Shown here: positions 9,439 through 18,953 of the stretch, one piece after another
Numbering within the stretch: the stretch's first letter is position 1
How the letters are laid out: each line of letters begins with the position of its first letter
NCBI GenBank assembly: GCA_004524535.1
Contig: SDNY01000019.1
Coordinates: 1 to 40,427, forward strand
Direction of reading: 5' to 3'
DNA from: Promethearchaeota archaeon
GTDB lineage: Archaea; Asgardarchaeota; Lokiarchaeia; Sigyniarchaeales; SOKP01
DNA: 40,427 nucleotides
The notes under the pieces: generated by a model
What the model was told of the DNA's origin: nothing
What the model saw: the letters and a program-made list of their open reading frames with translations, nothing else
Database searches by the model: none
Program-made: the position numbers and the translations under genes

Positions 9439-10956
9439 TTATTTTAAAGATCTTTTTGATGATATGTAGATCTCGTAAAACCAATCTATTATGTATTGAA
9501 AGAAAAATCGTTCTCGAAGGACATCGTAGTGTGATTTATTTTTTAGACTGGTCAATTTTGCAATATCTTCTGACTTAATCTTACCCTCGGCAATTAAATT
9601 CATTCTCGCCTTAAATTGGTCAATCATTGATATGGGCCTCAAAATAACTTCAATTGCATTAGAGATCTTGTTTATTAATTCGCGAAATTCTTTATTATAA
9701 TCATATTTAGATATTCGAGATTCGCTTAGAAAACTATTTATCTTCTTTAAGATTGGCTCCTTTTTATAATAATTAATTAATTCTTTTTGATCTATTACTT
9801 CTGAGAGATAATCTATAACTTTTTTGATAATCGAGGATTCAATTTGTAATTTTTTCATTTCTTTTTCTAATCGAACTAAAAATTGTTGCTTTAAAAACTG
9901 CTTATATTTCACAATAATTGCTTCGTTTTCTTTTATGTCTGAACAAATTTCGACAACCTCCCCCTTAGGGGTTGAGTAAGTGAAACCATGCCCTTGAGGT
10001 CCAAGGCCCCCAAGTAGGACCATTCCTAGAATATAAAATTTGTAATTATCCTTAGCAATAATATTATTCAGATTTATACTTATATTCTTTGGAGATATTA
10101 AATGCTTTTTAATTTCACTATATTCTCTTAACTCTTCAAAATCATAAAAATATGTATTGTAGCTATTTTTATAGTTAAATTCAATAAAATTTTCATTCTC
10201 AGTTAGTAAATCGCCTTGATTTTTATCTGATTGGTTTTTATGCTCTATAAGAATCTTATTAAATTCTCTAATGAATTTCTTTATTGAACCTAAATTTTTA
10301 ACACTAAGACCGTATATTGAGTATTGATTAAAAAAAAAATTTTTAATGTAAAATATTAATTGCTCTATATTCAAATTATATAACAGAAATCGATCGTTTA
10401 CTAAAAAATTGTAGAGATCTTGAGGCATAACTTTATATACATATAAAATCAAAGAATTAGATACCTTTCCAAACAAATCGTTTAAATTTGAGAGCAACAT
10501 TTTATCTTTCTTGAGTTCTTCTATGGTTTTTAAATCATCATTATCAAAATCTTTATCAAGCAAATTAAATTCGTTGAAAAATCTTAAAAGCTCTATTATT
10601 TTACCAAGTGAAGAAGTTTGATATTCTGTAGCTACTTCTTCTGTACAATTCAATAATAATTCTGAAATAATTTCAAAGCGATCAGGAATTTTTCTCACAT
10701 CAATAAAAATATCAAAATAGGATGATAAATTAAAAAACTCCCTAAAAATTTCAAATTTTTTATGTTTAAGATTTTTTGAAAGACATTTGTAAAAGTTCTC
10801 TTCAATTTTTTCTTTATAAATTTTATTTGAGGATGAGTTGATTAAATTTGTGAAGTTTTGTATTTCATTTTGCTCGATAACGCTTTTAATTTTAAATATT
10901 TCTCCAGATTTTAAAAAGTTAATTAGCGAATCAAAAAACTCTTCTAAAGGTATCAT
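9439..10956 (-). CDS. Hypothetical protein
   Basis: 505-aa ORF with one Gly-rich conserved-looking block, GMVLLGGLGPQGHGFTYSTPKGEVVEICSD. Confidence 0.65.
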   Translation of the reverse strand: MIPLEEFFDSLINFLKSGEIFKIKSVIEQNEIQNFTNLINSSSNKIYKEKIEENFYKCLSKNLKHKKFEIFREFFNLSSYFDIFIDVRKIPDRFEIISELLLNCTEEVATEYQTSSLGKIIELLRFFNEFNLLDKDFDNDDLKTIEELKKDKMLLSNLNDLFGKVSNSLILYVYKVMPQDLYNFLVNDRFLLYNLNIEQLIFYIKNFFFNQYSIYGLSVKNLGSIKKFIREFNKILIEHKNQSDKNQGDLLTENENFIEFNYKNSYNTYFYDFEELREYSEIKKHLISPKNISINLNNIIAKDNYKFYILGMVLLGGLGPQGHGFTYSTPKGEVVEICSDIKENEAIIVKYKQFLKQQFLVRLEKEMKKLQIESSIIKKVIDYLSEVIDQKELINYYKKEPILKKINSFLSESRISKYDYNKEFRELINKISNAIEVILRPISMIDQFKARMNLIAEGKIKSEDIAKLTSLKNKSHYDVLRERFFFQYIIDWFYEIYISSKRSLK

Positions 10957-11029
10957 TTAACAGATGAATTATAATAAAACTTGCTATTAAACTTATTGAT
11001 ATATATATAAAGAAAGTTGATTTTTTAGT

Positions 11030-11401
11030 TTAATCTAAAAGGTCTGCAATCTTTTGGCTAACTGATTGGATGTTGAGGAAAACCATTCCAAGCGAGGCAT
11101 CTGCTTTGGTGAGAGTCGCCAAAATCGCATTATTACCTGCTTTTGATAATATTATTATTCCATCAACACCTTCTATAAGAATTCTCTTAAGACTTCCTCG
11201 AGCAAGCTCTTCAACTGCTCTCTCAGATACAGATAAAATAGCTGCGGACATGGCGGACACAATACCATCATTTACATCCCTCGCAAGAACTGAACAAATA
11301 GGAAGTCCTTGCACACTCACAATTGCAGATCCTTGTATGTCAGCGTTGACCGCTTCCATTTTTCGCAATAATTCTATAAGATCGCTGATGTTTTCACTCA
11401 A
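11030..11401 (-). CDS. Roadblock/LC7 (MglB-like) domain protein
   Basis: GSAIVSVQGLPI...VSAMSAAILSVSERAVEEL...LGMVFL is the classic roadblock pattern. Confidence 0.9.
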   Translation of the reverse strand: MSENISDLIELLRKMEAVNADIQGSAIVSVQGLPICSVLARDVNDGIVSAMSAAILSVSERAVEELARGSLKRILIEGVDGIIILSKAGNNAILATLTKADASLGMVFLNIQSVSQKIADLLD

Positions 11402-11526
11402 TGATTTATCAACTAAAAAAAAATGATGTTATTATTATTATATTCTAATTTAATTTTAAATATTTTTTATTCTTTTATTCTTTTTTATTTTTATTTAATA
11501 TTTTTTATTATTTTTTATTATTTTAT

Positions 11527-11590
11527 TCTTTTTATCAAAATAATGACTAATCTTTTTATCAAAATAATGACTGATCAAAATAATGACTGA
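11527..11590 (+). repeat. Tandem repeat of the map start region (24 bp x2 plus a 16-bp partial)
   Basis: tctttttatcaaaataatgactaa / tctttttatcaaaataatgactga / tcaaaataatgactga. Confidence 0.9.
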
Positions 11591-12548
11591 GGATAAAAAA
11601 ACTCTTTCTAAGGAAGAGTTAGAAAAAGAAAAAGAAGAAAAGGAAAATGAGATTAAAATAGATTCCTTAAGAAAGGCTGGTGGCATAGCAAGCAAAGTAA
11701 AAAAATTTATGAAACCTCGTTTAAAAGTAGAAGCAAAAGTTTTAGATTTAATTAACACTGCAGAGCAGAAAATCATAGAATTAGGCGGGGAACCTGCATT
11801 TCCTGTTAATTTATCAATTAATAACGTAGCGGCTCATTATACATCTCCAATAAGAGATGATGATTTAACAATAAAAGAGGGGGATATAGTTAAATTAGAT
11901 ATGGGTGTCCACATTGAAGGATATATTGTGGATACGGCATATACAATTAGTTTTAATGACGATATATTGCTAGAAAATATTATTCAGTCTACTGAGGTGG
12001 CGGTTGAAGCTGCTAAAATGATGGTCAAGCCAGGTATCAATACCAGAGAAATAGGGAAAAAAATTGAAAGCATAGTTAAAGGGTTTAAATATAATCCAAT
12101 TAAAGAACTTGGAGGACACCAAATAGAAAGGTGGATTGTTCACGGAAAAAAGGCTCTTCCTGAATTAGGAAATCAAAGTGGAGATGTGATGGAAGAAGGA
12201 GATGTATTTGGAATAGAAATATTTGCATCAACAGGTGAAGGGTCCGTTCATATGACTAATAATTCTTTTATATACGAATTAAATCCATATTCAGGAAGGG
12301 TTCCCTTGCGTCGGAAAGTTTCTAAACAAATTCTTGGGTTTGTGAATAAAAATTATAAAACATTGCCATTCGCAGAAAGATGGGTGGCAAAAGAATTTAG
12401 AATGGGTGTAGCATTTGGACTTCAAGAACTAGTAAAACAAAATAAATTACAGGCTCATTATGTGCTAGCAGAAAATAAAGGTGAGTACGTTGCTCAAACT
12501 GAGGAAACCATTATCGTGACTGAGGATGGATTTGAACAGTTAACTTAA
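11583..12548 (+). CDS. map: Methionine aminopeptidase type II
   Basis: AFPVNLSINNVAAHYT, KLDMGVHIEGYIVDTA, GGHQI and the type-II helical insert. Confidence 0.95.
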   Translation: MTEDKKTLSKEELEKEKEEKENEIKIDSLRKAGGIASKVKKFMKPRLKVEAKVLDLINTAEQKIIELGGEPAFPVNLSINNVAAHYTSPIRDDDLTIKEGDIVKLDMGVHIEGYIVDTAYTISFNDDILLENIIQSTEVAVEAAKMMVKPGINTREIGKKIESIVKGFKYNPIKELGGHQIERWIVHGKKALPELGNQSGDVMEEGDVFGIEIFASTGEGSVHMTNNSFIYELNPYSGRVPLRRKVSKQILGFVNKNYKTLPFAERWVAKEFRMGVAFGLQELVKQNKLQAHYVLAENKGEYVAQTEETIIVTEDGFEQLT

Positions 12549-12592
12549 ATAATTTAAATATTTTATTTTAAAAAATCAATTTTAGTTTTTAT

Positions 12593-13702
12593 ATGAGAAA
12601 ACTAAACATTTGTCTTGTTTCTTTGACTATCGCTCCAGATAGTCAAGATGGAAGTGCTAAATTTTTTAGAGGGATTTTTGATTATTTGAAAAAACAAGGT
12701 CATAATGTATCTCTTTTAACTGGAAAATGGAGTTATCAGCTTTATAATCCTAACATTTTTCAAATAAATTTAATCAAGAAAAGTTATTTCTGGATACCTC
12801 AATTTAGTTTAAAGGTTAAAAAATATCTTAAGAATCATAATTTTGATATTATTCATGGAAATGGTCCAAAGGGATCATTGCCCCTTCTCTTCATCGGTAA
12901 GAAAAAATTTATATCGACACTTCATGACTTGGGACCATATGAAACCACGTTCTCACGAATTCCAATAGAAAAATATCTATTTAAAGCTGTTGCTAAAAAG
13001 GCTGACTATTTGACAACTTGTTCAGAATTCATTAAGAATGAAATTAAACATTATATTCCTCAAGTAGATCTTAATAAGATACATAATTTGTATTCTGCTA
13101 TTGAACCAAAATTCAAATGTTGTCCAGAAGAGGCTCAGGAATTAAAGAAAGTATTAAATATTCAAGGACCGATTCTACTCCACATTGGTCGTATAGCGCT
13201 ATATAAAGGTGTACACAATTTAATTTCTGCTTATCAAATAGCGAAAAAAGAAATTCCAGATCTTAATTTAGTTATTGGAGGAAAACCCGATTTTTATATG
13301 GAAAAATATTATAAAATTTGGAAACAAAAATATAAAGATATTCATTTTTTAGGATTTGTTCCAGAAGATGAGATCCCAATTTATTATTCTATGGGTGATA
13401 TTTTCGTAAATTATTCATATGCTACAGAGGGATTTGGGCTTACACCTCTTGAAGCGATTGCCTGTGGAACGCCAGTAATCTGTTCATCTATAAAGCCCTA
13501 CAAAGAAGTATTAAAAGATAATGCCATATTCGTTCCTCCAAAAAATCCTGAATTACTTGCTGAAGAAATTATTTCCTTAATACAAAATGATTCTCTAAGA
13601 AGAAAATTGGTCGATAAAGCTCAAAAATATATCGAAAGGTACACATGGGATGCTGTAGGTAAAAAACTCGAGAAAGTATACAGTAAATTTCTAAAAAATT
13701 AG
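12593..13702 (+). CDS. GT4 family glycosyltransferase
   Basis: IGRIALYKG and EGFGLTPLEAIACGTPVI. Confidence 0.92.
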   Translation: MRKLNICLVSLTIAPDSQDGSAKFFRGIFDYLKKQGHNVSLLTGKWSYQLYNPNIFQINLIKKSYFWIPQFSLKVKKYLKNHNFDIIHGNGPKGSLPLLFIGKKKFISTLHDLGPYETTFSRIPIEKYLFKAVAKKADYLTTCSEFIKNEIKHYIPQVDLNKIHNLYSAIEPKFKCCPEEAQELKKVLNIQGPILLHIGRIALYKGVHNLISAYQIAKKEIPDLNLVIGGKPDFYMEKYYKIWKQKYKDIHFLGFVPEDEIPIYYSMGDIFVNYSYATEGFGLTPLEAIACGTPVICSSIKPYKEVLKDNAIFVPPKNPELLAEEIISLIQNDSLRRKLVDKAQKYIERYTWDAVGKKLEKVYSKFLKN

Positions 13703-13713
13703 AAATTAGATCT

Positions 13714-14823
13714 CTAGTTAATTTCTAATAATTTTTTCTTAACAAAATCAAAACAAATTAAATTGGGATTTTCAAATTTTTTAATTTTTTCACTGAATGA
13801 CAAATTGAATCTATCATTTGAAGATTTTTGATTAAGAATCTCAGTTGATCTTTCAATTATTTTTTCTGGGTCTTTAATATGTTCTAAAGGAAAGCCGTTT
13901 TCTATTAAAAAATTTTCTTGTGGTGCTGTTTCACCTGGAAAATATTCAATACTTGGTACATTTAAAAGACTTGATTCGCGGACGATAGTGCCTCCACCAC
14001 TTATTATTAATGCTCCATAATAACAAAGATCGACTAAATTTGATAAATAACGAGTGATTACAACATTTTTATTACCTGAAAAATTCTTAAGTTTACTTCT
14101 TAGAAAGTTTTCTTGTTTTGTCGTTCGGACTAATAGAAAATATTTATGATTCGGAAATTCTTTATAAAGTGGTGGAAAGAACTCTGTTATCAATGTTTCT
14201 TCCGCTTTAAGTTTTTCAATAAAATAAGACGCAAAACTCGGTTCGCTTCTTATTATGACATAAGTACCTTTTTCTAAATCAAATCTTTCTAAAATTTGAG
14301 GATTTGGAGTATATTCTGAAAGCCATCCTATCTCATCAATGCCATTATAACGTATTAATTTACTAGGATCAGCATTTAGGCGTATATACCATTCCTGAGG
14401 AACACATTGAGGAGTAATAATTTTATCAAGAAATGGTAAAATTAATTTACAAACTGGTTCATTACGAGGTTCATCATTAAAACCTATTGATTGTATTTTT
14501 ATTCCATAAGCAATTCTAGTCCCTTCAACAGATGAGAAGGTTACAAAATAGTCTGGTTTAAACCGCTTAACAACTGGAAAAAGTTCTGATAATCGTTCTA
14601 TATATTGTTTTAATTTATCTTCTAATTTTTCCCCTCCATGTTTTCCAATTTTCTCATAATTTACACCTTGATCGTCTAAAATTTGATAAGTAGAATCATA
14701 ATCCCTTGCTGTTATTTTTAATTCAATCCCTTCATTATGAAACATATTAATTAAGGGAATAAACATTTGTGCCGTTTTAGGCTCTTCTATGTCAAGCCAC
14801 AGCTTTTTATCCGAAATAGTCAT
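13714..14823 (-). CDS. DUF354-like GT-B fold protein (start probably ATG 14823)
   Basis: LWLDI, ITARDY, IGKHGG, YNGIDE, IIRSEP and GGGTIVRESSLLNVPSI. Confidence 0.75.
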   Translation of the reverse strand: MTISDKKLWLDIEEPKTAQMFIPLINMFHNEGIELKITARDYDSTYQILDDQGVNYEKIGKHGGEKLEDKLKQYIERLSELFPVVKRFKPDYFVTFSSVEGTRIAYGIKIQSIGFNDEPRNEPVCKLILPFLDKIITPQCVPQEWYIRLNADPSKLIRYNGIDEIGWLSEYTPNPQILERFDLEKGTYVIIRSEPSFASYFIEKLKAEETLITEFFPPLYKEFPNHKYFLLVRTTKQENFLRSKLKNFSGNKNVVITRYLSNLVDLCYYGALIISGGGTIVRESSLLNVPSIEYFPGETAPQENFLIENGFPLEHIKDPEKIIERSTEILNQKSSNDRFNLSFSEKIKKFENPNLICFDFVKKKLLEIN

Positions 14824-14864
14824 GTCATTAACTCTTTTTATGTTATTATGAAAAGGGAATGAAG

Positions 14865-15620
14865 TTATTTCCAATCATCTGGAATTTTTTTTAATCTTTT
14901 AGCAGGATTCCCGACTATTATATCTCCTTCTTCTGTATTTTTATTAACGACTGCCCCAGCTCCTACGATTGTACCTTTTTTTAATCTTATTCCAGGAAAA
15001 ATGATCGAATTTGCACCCAGTGATACATTATCTTCTATTGTAGGCCCGATTAACTCGAACTCCTTGCGCAACATATATTTATCATTAGTTAATTTACTAT
15101 AAGGGCCCATGAAAACATTATTACTTATTGAACAGAATAATGGAATATATGCACCTGTTTGAATATTTGCATTAATTCCAATTGAAACATTACCATCAAT
15201 AATGCAGTTTGTACCAATTAAAGAAGAATCCCCAATTTTTGTTTTTTCCCGGATCAATACATTATGACCCGTTTGGCATTTTGCTCCAATACGAACATCA
15301 GAATAAATTATTGTTCCCGCTCGAATTATGCAGTTTTCATCGATAATCACTTCTGTCCCTTCAAAATCAGTTACTGGTTTTTTGCTTGCTATTACTTCTT
15401 TTAATTGATTTCTTTGAAAATGTCCAATAATGCAATTTTCACCTATATAGGTGCCGGTTTTAATTATTGCTTTTCCATAGATTTTTACTCCTTTAGATAT
15501 GTAAACATCGCTCCCAATTGAAACCCCTTTACCAATTACGACAAAATCGTCGATGAAAGCTTTATTATTAATATTAGTTTCAGGGTGGATTATTGAGAAA
15601 CTTTTAGGACCTTTTTCCAT
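14865..15620 (-). CDS. Hexapeptide-repeat (left-handed beta-helix) sugar N-acetyltransferase
   Basis: Hexapeptide repeats, LTNDKY, and VGAGAVV...VGNPAK. Confidence 0.88.
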   Translation of the reverse strand: MEKGPKSFSIIHPETNINNKAFIDDFVVIGKGVSIGSDVYISKGVKIYGKAIIKTGTYIGENCIIGHFQRNQLKEVIASKKPVTDFEGTEVIIDENCIIRAGTIIYSDVRIGAKCQTGHNVLIREKTKIGDSSLIGTNCIIDGNVSIGINANIQTGAYIPLFCSISNNVFMGPYSKLTNDKYMLRKEFELIGPTIEDNVSLGANSIIFPGIRLKKGTIVGAGAVVNKNTEEGDIIVGNPAKRLKKIPDDWK

Positions 15621-15683
15621 ATAACCTCTCCAATTATAATTAATATATATTTTAATAATCTTTTTAAAGAACTTTTAAATTAT

Positions 15684-15977
15684 TTATTTTACGCATCGGC
15701 ATGGAATAGAATTGCATTTGCTACATTTATTTGGATACTTATCAAATAAAGCTTTTTCAACATCAATATCTAATAAATTTGCTAATGAATTAGCCCAAGC
15801 AATTACATCTGCTATTTCTTCCGAAGCTTTCTCTTTATTAATCTTTTGATCCTTTATAATTCTTGCTAATTCTCCTATTTCTTCAACTAACCAAATAAAT
15901 GTGGACTTTTTCCCTCTTTTAGAATCTCTATTGAAATATATTTCTTTTATCATTTTTTGAAAATCAGAGATTTTCAT
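15684..15977 (-). CDS. MazG-like nucleotide pyrophosphohydrolase (start probably ATG 15977)
   Basis: LVEEIGELA...EEIADV and C-terminal CSKC..PCRC. Confidence 0.88.
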   Translation of the reverse strand: MKISDFQKMIKEIYFNRDSKRGKKSTFIWLVEEIGELARIIKDQKINKEKASEEIADVIAWANSLANLLDIDVEKALFDKYPNKCSKCNSIPCRCVK

Positions 15978-16048
15978 AATTATTAAACCAACAAGTACTC
16001 TCAATGAAATTATATATTAGAGAAATTTATGGTTTTGAGTATCACTAT

Positions 16049-16302
16049 TTAGCCTCCTGCGCTTCCTGGAGTTAAAATCCAAGCAAAAATTCCAAGATGT
16101 CCTAGAATTACGATTAAAATTAAGGTTGTTGCCAGCAATACCGTACTTATTGGACCAATTTTTACACCTATGCTTGAATCCTCGAAGAAGCGCATTTAAT
16201 CTTTTAACAGATTTATTCTGTTACAATTAGACCTGCGCCTCCAAGTGGCATCGGACTAGATTTACTTCTTCTTTTTTTTCGTCTTGACTGTCTACGAGAC
16301 AT
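16049..16302 (-). CDS. secG: Preprotein translocase subunit Sec61beta, split gene: exon 1 16302-16228, exon 2 16195-16049 (73 aa when joined)
   Basis: Joined product is MSRRQSRRKKRRSKSSPMPLGGAGL|MRFFEDSSIGVKIGPISTVLLATTLILIVILGHLGIFAWILTPGSAGG*. It has a basic N-terminus, the GAGLxRFF(E/D) motif, KIxP and a single TM helix. Not present in the ORF track. Confidence 0.9.
16196..16227 (-). other. Predicted 32-nt bulge-helix-bulge intron in Sec61beta mRNA
   Basis: mRNA reads GCGCA-GGUC-UA^A-UUGUAACAGA-AUAAA-UCUGUUAAAA-GAUU-AA^A-UGCGC. Standard BHB cuts restore the frame. Confidence 0.85.
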
Positions 16303-16426
16303 AATTAAAATTGTGCTGCAATTTATTTTTAAAAAACTCTATTATAAAAAGATTATACTACTAAAGATTTAAAATTTTATCTTGAATAAATTTTTATTAT
16401 TAGTTTTAATTATCTTTAGATAATAT

Positions 16427-18262
16427 ATGTTAAAAAAAAGAAAAATTTTATTTATACTAACTGGAACTCTTATAATTCTTGTTTTATTTTCATTCATTCC
16501 ATTTTCTTCCAAAGGATCCTTTAAAGATCAAACTATCATCGAATATCCCCAGAGTTCTGCTAGTTTAGAAGGTTCAGAAAATATTTTAATTACCAGTATT
16601 AATCGAGAGGCAGAATTAAACGGATATGGAGTAGCAAATATCATTGATTCGATCGTATTTAAAAATTTAAATACCAATCCAATCGATTCTATTTATATAG
16701 GCGTACCCTTAACATATTCAGATGATTTAATATTTTTTGAAGCAACTGGAGAGCAAGAGAATACATTATTAATTGAACGTAGTGAAAATATTATGAATGA
16801 ATATGAGATGTTCACGATTTATTTTGAGTCACCCCTATTACCGTATCAACCAAAAGAGATAAAATTTGCCCAAACTTATAAAGACATGTTAATTTATGAA
16901 AAAGAAGAAGGCCAGCTACAAAAAATTAACTACACCGCTATTGTGTATCCAGTTTTTCCATATAAAGCAGAAGGGACTATAATTGCGACGTTTGAAATAC
17001 CCTCTAGTTCAAAATTAATACCTCCAAACAAATGGGGGGATGAAGGTCCAGGGGGCAAATCAGTCATTTACGAAGTCTCCTCACTTGAACCCTTCTTAGA
17101 AGATTTAGAAGAAGAAACAATTACAATTGAATTTACAGATAATTCGATAACTAAATTAGAAATAAATGAACTACTTAGAGAAATTTATATAAATCCCTTT
17201 GGAACTATAAAAGTAAAAGAAGAGTATTTAATAAAAAACACTGGTGCTATCTCCATTGATGAGTTAAATTTTGAAATTCCAGGACCTGCCAAATCGATAA
17301 CCGTATATGATGATTTGGGTGAAATTTTAGGAGTAACTGTTGATCCTGAAGAAAATTATAGTAATCTAACTTATAAAGATCTAGAACTTGATTTATCTGA
17401 GAATCGCGTAAAAATTAACCCTGAAACTAAATTTAGATTCACAATTCAATATTTCTTGCCATTTGAAAAGTATATTTCGTTAAATTGGTTTCAACAATCA
17501 GTTAAAATGGATATTTTAACATCAATTTATCAATATTTAGGAAAAGATCAAACAATAAAAATAATAATAGAAGGATGTTTCAGCTTAGATTTTGCAAGCG
17601 ATGACCCAGATGCTATTGAGCATACTGCAAATTCTCTAATATTAGTATATACATCCGATTACGTCAGTCCTTTAGAAAGAAAAGAAATACAATTCACGTT
17701 TACAATTAATTTTTTCGATATTATATTAAGACCCTTAATTTTTATTATTTTAATTGCTTTATGCGCATCTGCTTATGTATTAGTAATTAAATCTAGAAAG
17801 GAAGAGGCTGCTATAGCTGCTTTTAGAAAAGAGTTAATTCCCATTAACGAAATCCGTGAATTCTGTTCTTTACTCGAAGAGAAAAACGCTTTAATTTTAG
17901 AAATTAGACAAGCAGAGGCAGATGTAAGGAGAAAGAAAATTATAAAAAAGAAATATAAAAATATTTTAAATAAAAATACTTTAAAAATACAAGAAATTGA
18001 AAAAGAAATTATTCCTTTTAAAAAAGAAGTTATGGAAATAAATACGACATTCGAAAATTTAGTAAAAAAAATAGAACTACTTGAGGTTGAGCGTGAAAGC
18101 GTTAAAGATAGTTTGAATCTTCTGGAAACTCGCTATAAAAGAGGACGATTGCCTTCTAAATCAGCTTATATGAAATTATCAGATAACTTTTTTAAACGAC
18201 AGAAAAAAATAGATAGAAGTATTGATAAAAGTATTCAACAATTAAGAAGCTACCTGCTTTAG
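16427..18262 (+). CDS. Ribophorin I (OST1/RPN1)-like oligosaccharyltransferase subunit
   Basis: N-terminal signal/TM, two beta-sandwich units (INREAELNGYG..., LLREIYINPFGTIKVKEEYLIKNTG), a TM helix and a cytosolic coiled-coil tail. Confidence 0.78.
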   Translation: MLKKRKILFILTGTLIILVLFSFIPFSSKGSFKDQTIIEYPQSSASLEGSENILITSINREAELNGYGVANIIDSIVFKNLNTNPIDSIYIGVPLTYSDDLIFFEATGEQENTLLIERSENIMNEYEMFTIYFESPLLPYQPKEIKFAQTYKDMLIYEKEEGQLQKINYTAIVYPVFPYKAEGTIIATFEIPSSSKLIPPNKWGDEGPGGKSVIYEVSSLEPFLEDLEEETITIEFTDNSITKLEINELLREIYINPFGTIKVKEEYLIKNTGAISIDELNFEIPGPAKSITVYDDLGEILGVTVDPEENYSNLTYKDLELDLSENRVKINPETKFRFTIQYFLPFEKYISLNWFQQSVKMDILTSIYQYLGKDQTIKIIIEGCFSLDFASDDPDAIEHTANSLILVYTSDYVSPLERKEIQFTFTINFFDIILRPLIFIILIALCASAYVLVIKSRKEEAAIAAFRKELIPINEIREFCSLLEEKNALILEIRQAEADVRRKKIIKKKYKNILNKNTLKIQEIEKEIIPFKKEVMEINTTFENLVKKIELLEVERESVKDSLNLLETRYKRGRLPSKSAYMKLSDNFFKRQKKIDRSIDKSIQQLRSYLL

Positions 18263-18311
18263 TAGCTTATCTATAAAATATAATAATTTTACTTAAAATT
18301 TGGAGTTATTT

Positions 18312-18935
18312 ATGAAACCTTGGTTATTTGATATTCTTGCCTGTCCCATGGATAAATATTTCCCCCTAAAATTATTTATTTTTTCTTTTGAAACTAAACC
18401 CGATGAATTTCAATCAATTTTAGATATATATCAAGAAAGAGACCTTGATTTGATTAAAAAACAAAAAATTATTGAAATCTCGGAAGAAAAAGGAAATTTA
18501 TATGTTAAAGACAATATTATAATTGAAAAAAATACTGCCGAGACATATTTTAAACTTCTAATTTCAAGTATTAACGAATTAAACAATATTATAGATAAAT
18601 CAACTCATGATATTACTAAAAAATGTTTTGCTCTTATCTTAACTGAAATTCAAGATAAAATCTTAGAATTTTCTAAAAATATTAATGTAGAAAAAATTGA
18701 AAATCTATTACCTGAATTATATTTTGTAAATAAAATTAAAATTGAAACTGAGATTGAATCTGGATTAATATTCTGCGAAAAATGTAATCGTTGGTTTCCA
18801 ATAATAGAAACCATTCCCCAAATGCTTCCTGATGAATATAGAGATGAAGAAAAAGATACTCAATTCCTTAAAACCAATAAAAATTTATTGGATGACGAAT
18901 TTCTAAAACAAGATCTAAAACCTTTTAAACTTTAG
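18312..18935 (+). CDS. Trm112-like methyltransferase activator with large internal insertion
   Basis: MKPWLFDILACPMDK...EIESGLIFCEKCNRWFPIIETIPQMLPDE. GGAG precedes ATG 18312. Confidence 0.82.
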   Translation: MKPWLFDILACPMDKYFPLKLFIFSFETKPDEFQSILDIYQERDLDLIKKQKIIEISEEKGNLYVKDNIIIEKNTAETYFKLLISSINELNNIIDKSTHDITKKCFALILTEIQDKILEFSKNINVEKIENLLPELYFVNKIKIETEIESGLIFCEKCNRWFPIIETIPQMLPDEYRDEEKDTQFLKTNKNLLDDEFLKQDLKPFKL

Positions 18936-18953
18936 ATTTCTATAAAATTTTGG

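Noticed and set aside
11527-11590. Short repeats considered as a mini CRISPR array
   Set aside because: The units are directly tandem with no spacers, and there are no cas genes.
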